Source: Eledone cirrhosa (lineage: Eukaryota). From it: a DNA stretch of 64,000 nucleotides. Below, one piece after another: positions 55,155-64,000 of the stretch. The position numbers were made by a program, and so were the translations under genes. Location: positions 8,556,001 to 8,620,000 of the forward strand of contig OZ024742.1 in NCBI GenBank assembly GCA_964016885.1, given 5' to 3'. Positions within the stretch are counted from its first letter, which is position 1, and each line of letters starts with the position of its first letter. The notes under the pieces are model-generated. The model saw only the letters and a list, made by a program, of their open reading frames with translations, was not told the DNA's origin and did no database searches.

Positions 55155-55822
55155 CGATTTCTAATTTAGACAAAAGGCAGGCCATTTTTGGAAGGAAAAT
55201 GTCGATTAAATCAAACCCAGTACATAACTGGGATTTCATTTAGAATAATGGTTTCTTATATAGGCACAAGGTCAGCAATTTTGGTGGGAGGGAAGAGTCG
55301 ATTAAATCGACCCCAGTGACTGACTGGTACTTTATTTTATCGACCCCTTAAGGATGAAAGGCAAAGTTAACCTCGGAGGGATTTGAACTCAGATCATTAA
55401 GGGCCGTAACACTATGCTGCAAAGCATGGCGCCCGACCCTCTACCGATACTGCCAATACACTACCTTGATTTCATTTAGAATAATGGAAAGCAAAGCTTC
55501 CCTTGGTGGGATTAGAATGCAAATAGCCATGATCATATGATGCAAACGAATTAGCCAGGTGCTCTACCGATTCTATTAATCCACTTCTCTTAAGAATTTA
55601 ATTAATGATTTCAGAATTATGTACATGGTAACCAATTTTGGGGAGGATAATCTTTATTAAATCCATCCCAGTGCGTTACTGGTACTTTATTTTATCGATC
55701 CCGTAATGATGAAAGGCAAAGCTAACCTCGGCGGGATTTTGAACTCAGAATATAAAAAGACCTAAATATATGCCGCAAAATATCTTATCCGACGCTCTAA
55801 CGATTCTGCTAACCTGCCGTTC
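55155..55822 (-). mobile_element. Cluster of nested or tandem copies of the second SINE family (best at 55245-55466 and 55605-55820)
   Basis: CTGGTACTTTATTTTATCGAYCC..ATGAAAGGCAAAG..AACCTCGG..GGATTTGAACTCAGA is repeated. Confidence 0.82.
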
Positions 55823-55984
55823 TTATTTATTTTACTTAATAAAAATCAACTATTTCTCACGTCATTAAGAATGTTAACCAGAACTTAACTGTATATTTTC
55901 CATGCAGAAGACATCCCTGGTAGCACCCTCCGTATTCATTAAAATTACATCTAATTTCTATGTTTTTGTTATATGTTCTGGTTG

Positions 55985-56172
55985 TTACTAGCATACGTAA
56001 CCACGTCAGTTGTTCCGGCTTTTTCCGTTCTCAGTTCAAATCCAACTGAGGTAAAATTTACCTTTCATTCTTACGGCGTCAGTATGATAAAGTACCAGTC
56101 AAATTCTGGGTTCGATTTAACCCCCTCGCCCCCTCCCACATATACTACTGGCCTTGTGCATAAATTAGAAAC
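55985..56172 (+). mobile_element. Second-family SINE, opposite orientation
   Basis: CAGTTCAAATCC..GAGG..CCTTTCAT..GATAAAGTACCAG..TGGCCTTGTGCATAAATTAGAAAC. Confidence 0.75.
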
Positions 56173-56307
56173 AGTTATAAGCAGTTTTAAGTAATTGTGA
56201 GGCAGAGGTAGGAAAGGTTAGCAAGGCAAACATACAGACACAGTAATTAAGGTACTCAATACGTGTGTACAGTGACGACAGAGATTTATAGAGAAAAAGG
56301 CTTCTAC

Positions 56308-56351
56308 AGGATTAGAACTGTTTCATTCGTATAGAATCATCAGACATTCCT
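56308..56351 (-). ncRNA. Minimal hammerhead-like motif (partly degenerate)
   Basis: Minus strand reads AGGAAUGU-CUGAUGA-UUC-UAUAC-GAA-U-GAAA-CAG-UU-CUAAUCCU. It is enclosed by a 14-bp inverted repeat (56295-56308 and 56366-56379). Stem I is imperfect. Confidence 0.55.
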
Positions 56352-56431
56352 GGTGATTTCATTCATGTAGAAGCCTTTTAAATATATAACTCTCTCTCAC
56401 ACACACACACACTCTCTCTCTCTATATATAT

Positions 56432-56504
<73 letters not shown>

Positions 56505-56640
56505 GAAGTTATATTTAAATTGTTGGGATACAACAAGCAAATATTTTTATAACTGATATAAAGCACTCAACAAATTTTTGGAGTAAAAATACAATTTATT
56601 AACAAATGGAAACTATATTTATAAAACCATATTTATTTCA

Positions 56641-56696
56641 TTATACATATTTCAAGGACACCAAAGCAAATTATGGTGCCCTTTCATCAGATAAAA
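56641..56696 (-). ncRNA. Minimal type I hammerhead ribozyme motif
   Basis: Minus strand reads CUGAUGA-AAGGGCACCA-UAAUUUGCUU-UGGUGUCCUU-GAAA-UAUG-UA. It has an intact core, a 10-bp stem II and a GUA triplet. Stem I is weak and AU-rich. Confidence 0.72.
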
Positions 56697-56774
56697 TATA
56701 ATATAGATCAGTTTTATAAACAAATATTGACATACCCTTAAAGAATGCAACCATGTCGGTTGGAAGCTCCCGGA

Positions 56775-56829
<55 letters not shown>

Positions 56830-56832
<3 letters not shown>

Positions 56833-56870
56833 CTCTTTTACTCTTTTACCCGTTCCAGCCATCCGGCCTT
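56830..56870 (-). mobile_element. ~40-bp 3' terminus of the CR1 family seen at 60209-61579 (or of a SINE sharing its tail)
   Basis: The reverse complement GCCGGATGGCTGGAACGGGTAAAAGAGTAAAAGAGTA matches 61535-61579. Embedded in (TA)n. Confidence 0.75.
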
Positions 56871-56937
56871 GGTGTATATATATATATGTATATATATACA
56901 CTATATATATACATGTGTGTGTGTGTATGTGCGTACG

Positions 56938-56978
<41 letters not shown>

Positions 56979-57040
56979 ATCAGATTGTATAAGTGTGAAG
57001 TAAGTTTGATTTGAAACAGCGAGCGGTTTGAAATTTAGTA

Positions 57041-57227
57041 GAAATAGAAGCTTTCGCCGTATTTATGACTGAAGAAATGTTACCCTCATAGTGGGGTTTA
57101 AACCCTCTAAAAAATGGAAAAGAATAAGTATTGACGTTATTCATCCTTTTCCCTTTTTAGAGGGTTTTAAACACCACTATGAGGCTAAAAATAAGTTTTG
57201 TAAAAAATACGGCGAAAGCCTCTATTT

Positions 57228-57228
<1 letters not shown>
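57041..57228. repeat. Imperfect fold-back element (~85-bp arms); a third arm copy lies at 57353-57448
   Basis: GAAATAGAAGCTTTCGCCGTATTT..CCTCATAGTGGGGTTTAAACCCTCTAAAAA pairs with TTTTTAGAGGGTTTTAAACACCACTATGAGG..AAATACGGCGAAAGCCTCTATTTC. Confidence 0.85.
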
Positions 57229-57298
<70 letters not shown>

Positions 57299-57317
57299 AT
57301 ATATATAGAATATATAG

Positions 57318-57373
57318 AATGGAAAAAGATGAGTGTTGCCGTACATGTACGGCAACACTCATCTTTTTCCATT
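57318..57373. repeat. Perfect 56-bp palindrome without spacer
   Basis: AATGGAAAAAGATGAGTGTTGCCGTACA|TGTACGGCAACACTCATCTTTTTCCATT. Confidence 0.95.
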
Positions 57374-57459
57374 TCTCCGAGGGTTATAAACCCCACTATC
57401 AGGCTAGAAATTTCTTTAGTCTAAAATACGGTGAAAGCTTATAATTTCTAATTTCTAAT

Positions 57460-57513
<54 letters not shown>

Positions 57514-57574
57514 GTAAAACACTGGAAGGTAATATCCGTAGTGGTAGAGTACTCAGTCCATGGGACGAGTTAGG

Positions 57575-57729
57575 TAGAAGTGATTACACAACAGTTAGTT
57601 CACCATACCGAGAACAATTGTTTCACCTTAGCGGATTCTCAGCTCGTAAAGCCCATTACGAGCTGAGGATCGGCTAGGTGAAACAATTTATCTCGGTATG
57701 GTGAATTAACTGTTATATAACCACTTCTA
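57575..57729. mobile_element. Fold-back element made of two divergent hammerhead-bearing arms (Penelope-like inverted pLTR)
   Basis: ~74-bp imperfect inverted arms around AGCCCA. Minus arm 57609-57646: CGAG-CUGAGAA-UCCGCUAAGGU-GAAA-CAAUUG-UU-CUCG. Plus arm 57659-57695: CGAG-CUGAGGA-UCGGCUAGGU-GAAA-CAAUUU-AU-CUCG. Confidence 0.7.
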
Positions 57730-57761
57730 TATATATATATATATATATATATAACCACTTC

Positions 57762-57849
<88 letters not shown>

Positions 57850-57894
57850 GAAGTGGTTATATATATATAATCTTTTCTACGAAGCAGATTTTCC

Positions 57895-57943
<49 letters not shown>

Positions 57944-57946
57944 TAA

Positions 57947-58545
57947 AACATGAGAAGAAAGAAGAATACTGCGTGGTTTGCACACGGGTTACATATGATA
58001 AAAATAGTCGTTCGTCAGTAATTTTCCAACCATCATTGGTATTACATCGCATTAAAAATCAGATACCTCAGGTTGGTGCGAGCAATAACTAAAAAAAGTT
58101 ATTGGGACCAGGATTCGCGTAAGGCGAGAGGCCCGAGTAAACAACATAGAAGGATAAAAGCAAATCGAAGATAGGAAAATAAACAAGCAACATGATTGTC
58201 CTGTCAGCATAAGCTGGGTGGATTTCATGAGCGTGAGGGGTACAGACCGTGTTGATGAGTGTGAGACGTGAACAAGAGGAGACCCACAAAAGCCAAACGG
58301 GAGGAAGTGAGAAGGAGAGAAACAGAGAGTGAGTGAGTGGAAGTGTGAGGAAGAGGTCAGTCGAGAGAAAGTGTAACTGACAGAGGGGGTGAAAGAAGGT
58401 GAGAGAAACAGAGAGAGCGGGGAAGCAGTAAGAGAGAAACAGACAAACGCAGCCGAGGTAAATATATATAAACAACATGAGAAGAAAGAAGAATACTGCG
58501 TGGTTTGCACATGGGTTACATATGATAAAAATAGTCCTTCGTCAG
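57947..58545. repeat. Element bounded by 72-bp direct repeats (57947-58018 and 58474-58545)
   Basis: AACATGAGAAGAAAGAAGAATACTGCGTGGTTTGCACAYGGGTTACATATGATAAAAATAGTCSTTCGTCAG occurs twice with 2 mismatches. Confidence 0.88.
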
Positions 58546-58856
58546 ATATGTATTATATATATATATAAATACATTTGTGTATTTACATGTAGGTATGTGT
58601 GTGCGCTTGTTATATACGTATTTATTTATTTATTCATTTATTTATATACGTTTATTTAATTATTTGTATACACGCACACACACACACACATATTTATATG
58701 TGCGTGTATTTGTATACCTATGGCGAGTGTTTTCGCGTATGGTCGTGTCTGTACGTATTTGGATGCGTGTATGTATTTATTTAATTTCAATTACCTCTGT
58801 ATTTTATTTACTTTATTCTTAACTCTGAAGCGGAGAATCATCCGGTTTCCTAGTTA

Positions 58857-59131
58857 GAATTTTGGTCTACGACTCCAGTTATACCATTTACGTAGATTTG
58901 TCTTTGCGTGCAATTGTTCTCCACGTCCACATATGACGTATTATCATCGTTTTTTCCGTTCATTGCCAGAGAACATCTCTATGAACCACCTAAGAGAATA
59001 TTAGTCTACGACTTCTTTTATACCATAAACGTGATTTTGTCTTTGCGTGTAATTGTTTTTCACCGCTCCAAATAATGACGTATTATATTCGTTTTTTCCC
59101 TTTCTTTGCCAGGGAACGTTTCCACGAACCA
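58857..59131. repeat. Diverged ~140-bp tandem duplication
   Basis: GTCTACGACT..TTATACCAT..TTTGTCTTTGCGTG..ATGACGTATTAT..TTGCCAG..GAACCA occurs twice. Confidence 0.82.
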
Positions 59132-59292
59132 AAGTATCGTCTTCCTGTCTTCCTCCGGTTGAAACGTTCTTGAAATACTCACTTCTGCGTTCACAGATTG
59201 ACTTTGTTAGTTTCAGAAGATCCCGTTAAGCGTGAAAGCAGCGATTGTTTGCTTAAACTTAAATCTGTTACTTTAATAAATAAATAAATAAA

Positions 59293-60208
<916 letters not shown>

Positions 60209-61579
60209 CATGGCTTCCGCCCAGGAAGAAGCTGCCTTACACAGCTGCTACATCACTACGACTGGGTACTGAGACAACTACTAGACAGATCACATGTAGA
60301 CGTGATATATCTTGACTTTGCGAAGGCCTTTGACAAGGTCGACCACGGAATGATATGTCACAAACTACACGGACTCGGCATAACTGGAAAAGTAGGTGAG
60401 TGGCTGCATGGCTTCCTAAGGGTCAGAAGCCAGGCAGTCGCAGCAAATGGGGCCCTCTCGAGGGAAACACCGATAACAAGTGGGGTGCCTCAGGGGACAG
60501 TCCTGGGACCACTACTGTTTTTGGTGGCTCTCTCGGACATGCCCTCTGTGGTGCATGCAACAACATCCCTCACTAGCTATGCTGATGTCACTAAGGTAGC
60601 ACAGGCAATCAAAAACCCGGCTGACGCTGCCCTCTTACAGCAGGATCTGGATGCCATATACAGATGGGCGGAAGAAAACAACATGCAGTTTAATGCTGGC
60701 AAATTCCAAGCCCTACAATATAAACCTGCAAACACAAACACAAATATAGCGGAACACAGCTACACAGGACCAGGAGGGACCGATATCCCCGTGTCAAAAT
60801 CGATACGAGACCTGGGCATAGATATGAGCGATGATGCATCTTTTTCTTCACACATCATGAAGGTGGCGACAGCATGTAGACGATTCGCTGGCTGGATCTT
60901 GAGGACTTTCCTTACAAGAGATCGAGACACCATGTTGACACTGTGGAGGACTTTTGTCCTAAGCCGCCTGGACTACTGCTCCCAGCTGTGGTCACCCCAT
61001 AGTGTCAAACTAACCACAGAGCTTGAGGCAATCCAGCGAAGCTACACCAAGAGGATTGCCAAGATGAGGGAGACAAGCTACTGGGAGAGGCTGAAGGAAC
61101 TGAACCTCTACTCCTTGGAGCGAAGACGGGAGAGATACGCAGTGATCTACAAGTGGAAAATCCTGGAGGAACTAGCACCAAACTTTGGCATTGGGAGCTG
61201 GACCAACCGTCGAACAGGACGTCACTGTGTGGTGCCAAAGGTCCCGTCTTCCACATCTAGAATAAGGAGCAGGTATTGCAATAGCCTGGGATTCAATGGC
61301 CCTCAACTCTTCAACAGGCTGCCGAGGCATCTGCGAGACTTGCATGACGTGGAGGTGGATGTCTTTAAGAAACATCTCGAAACCTTGTTGTCCAGGATCC
61401 CGGATGAGCCCACAGCAAGACACGAGGGAAACCTAAGGGCAGCAGCAACAAACTCCCTCCTACACCAGTGGCCAACCTATACAGGCTGGAGATAAAATGT
61501 GTAGCAACAAGGGCGGTGCCCCAGCATGGCCTCAGCCGGATGGCTGAAACAGGTAAAAGAGTAAAAGAGTAAAAGAGTA
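60209..61579 (+). mobile_element. 5'-truncated CR1-group LINE inserted in (TA)n; RT catalytic motif mutated
   Basis: The frame is open from 60209 to 61495: [44 protein letters not shown] (60578-60589, second Asp lost), [20 protein letters not shown]. The tail is (GTAAAAGA)n. Confidence 0.92.
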
Positions 61580-61606
61580 TACATATATATATACATATAT
61601 ATATAC

Positions 61607-61637
<31 letters not shown>

Positions 61638-61670
61638 CACATATATATATATATATACATATATATACAT

Positions 61671-61763
<93 letters not shown>

Positions 61764-61792
61764 AATATATGTATATATATATATATATATAT

Positions 61793-61833
<41 letters not shown>

Positions 61834-61834
61834 C

Positions 61835-61908
<74 letters not shown>

Positions 61909-62064
61909 ATCTGCTTCTTAGAATCGAGACGAATTTTACCACCGTGTTGATTTCCGAGTCAGGTTTGATCACCATATCGATCGTGCCTCGAGCTAGTCGC
62001 CCGAGAAACATTTGTAATATGTCCAATAAATTCCTTTCGTCGCAACACTGATTCTCTTTTTTCT

Positions 62065-62174
<110 letters not shown>

Positions 62175-62305
62175 TGTGTGTGTGTGTGTATTGAATATAG
62201 ATATAGTAAGGAAGGAAGCCTTGTAGAATACATTTCTATATTAAATATTTATACTTTGCTCTGTATTGAGTACCTTACTTACTGTGGTTACCCCCGATTG
62301 AAACC

Positions 62306-62418
<113 letters not shown>

Positions 62419-62778
62419 ATATATCTAGTTGATCAACAGAGGTGACAGTGTTGGTCAACTAGCAGATAACGTAAGATAGCCTAGGACAGAAACATCTAGG
62501 ACAGAAACATATCTAAATATGTATGTAAAATCTAATAATTTTTCTTCTCCATTTTATTATTATTCGTATAAATATTCAATTTAACTGCACTTTTCAATTC
62601 CCTCATTGAAAAAGCATATACTGCTGAAACCGGTACACGATTAAATGCGGAAATCCTTACTTTATAGATAAATATTTTGATATTATACTGGAAAAAATCC
62701 TCCAGCATTTTCTACTGTATTTATTTCCTTTTTAATATTTGTTTATATATATCAACTCGTGTGTCACTTTTCTACATT

Positions 62779-62823
<45 letters not shown>

Positions 62824-62879
62824 TGAATATGTATGTATGTATGTTTATATATGTATATATGTATGTTATACACCACACA

Positions 62880-62900
62880 AATATATCTATCTATCTTTCC

Positions 62901-62994
<94 letters not shown>

Positions 62995-63008
62995 ATATCT
63001 CCCTATCT
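62880..63008. repeat. (TATC)n microsatellite
   Basis: Direct reading of the sequence. Confidence 0.95.
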
Positions 63009-63009
63009 G

Positions 63010-64000
63010 CCTGACGCGTGAAACATCGCTGGTAAGCTTTTTTGTAAATTTCAATACAAAAAACTGAACAAATTGTTTGAAAAAACATATCATTTTGTCG
63101 ATTAACCCCCAAGCTGAATTGTCAGCTGAGTGGTAATCCAATTTTTTGCCCCTGTAGGGGCGAAAATTTAATTAAAAGTTGTTTTAAAAAATCAAATTTT
63201 GCCAACTATAAAACATCAATAGCTCGGAAAGAACGCTAGAGAACGTCGATAGAGAGAAGAGAGGTAGAGAGTCATATATTAATCTCCTTCTACTATGGAC
63301 GTCGCCATGGATACGACTGTCAACAAAGAGACAAAAATAATATTACCATTTGAAGATTTTAAATTTCTACCATTGAAGCGGAGAAAAATAACACACAAGA
63401 AAACACAGGAATTAAACATATTAACATACATACGCATGAAAAAGACAACAACAACAACTCCATAGATACATCTACACATAAAGTTTCACCTCTCAAGAAA
63501 TTGCGATTTCCAACACCAAGGCTAACAACGATAACAACAACAACAACAACAATAACACCACAAAAAAAAACATGTCTTTCGCTGAAACAGTGAACAAAAA
63601 ACAAGATTTTATAAATCTTGACATGTCCAATGCAAGAGATATGCTCCAGCAAGTGAGAACATTTGTAACCTTCGAAGACAAGGGTGGGTTTAGAATTAAA
63701 TCACCTCTCGAAATAAAAGAAGAGACAGTTCGAAGGACTGTGACCTTCAGGAATGTCTCCATCACATCGAGAAAGCCAATATGTGTTAGTCAAGGAGACA
63801 TAGAAGCCACCTTGAAGGAGACTATAACAAATATTGACTTCCTTCAACGAGGAAAACAGTACGGAAGTGTTTCCGTACTGTTTAAAAGCGAGGCACTCTC
63901 CCCAAAACATTCTGTGACACCAATGGTGTCAAAAGCATTCACCTTTTTCCCTACGTACATGGGGAAAAGGACACAAAAAAAAATATATATATACCACCAA
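63010..64000 (+). mobile_element. 5' end and ORF1 of another L1/Tx1-type LINE, running off the right edge (not in the ORF track)
   Basis: The frame from ATG 63572 is open to 64000: MSFAETVNKK..FEDKGGFRIKSPLEIKEETVRRTVTFRNVSITSRKP..LQRGKQYGS..FTFFPTYMGKRTQK. It aligns by eye with ORF1 at 45396-46658 (SFAQTVRK..GSFTINSPEEVR..TTRKP..ERGKLYAS..YTFFPTYKGRRTQR). Confidence 0.87.

Noticed and set aside
57947-58545. TRIM or mini-LTR retrotransposon
   Set aside because: TG..CA can be read in the repeats, but there is no adjacent PBS, no PPT and no 4-6-bp TSD.

Overview
Gene-free, highly repetitive animal genomic DNA. The tRNA-derived SINEs and microsatellite style suggest an octopod cephalopod (inference). 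Bases 1-24210 are a 70-bp satellite (~306 monomers) interrupted by a young, 5'-truncated CR1-type LINE with an uninterrupted ORF2. A 76-bp array (24.9-29.0 kb) appears to be an amplified inversion junction of a neighbouring dispersed, probably RTE 5'-UTR-like, repeat. The rest is a mosaic of microsatellites, minisatellites, four L1/Tx1-type LINE copies (one near full length, mostly next to TC-containing microsatellites), a second CR1, RTE 3' fragments and SINEs. Most listed ORFs are microsatellite artefacts. The most notable signal is a set of small, often fold-back elements next to (TA)n tracts that carry minimal type I hammerhead ribozyme motifs of the Penelope-like element (PLE) kind, several followed by a shared GTATTGAGTAC-like motif. 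A degenerate hammerhead-like core also occurs on the minus strand of the 70-bp satellite. All calls were made by eye; no alignment, folding or database search was run.
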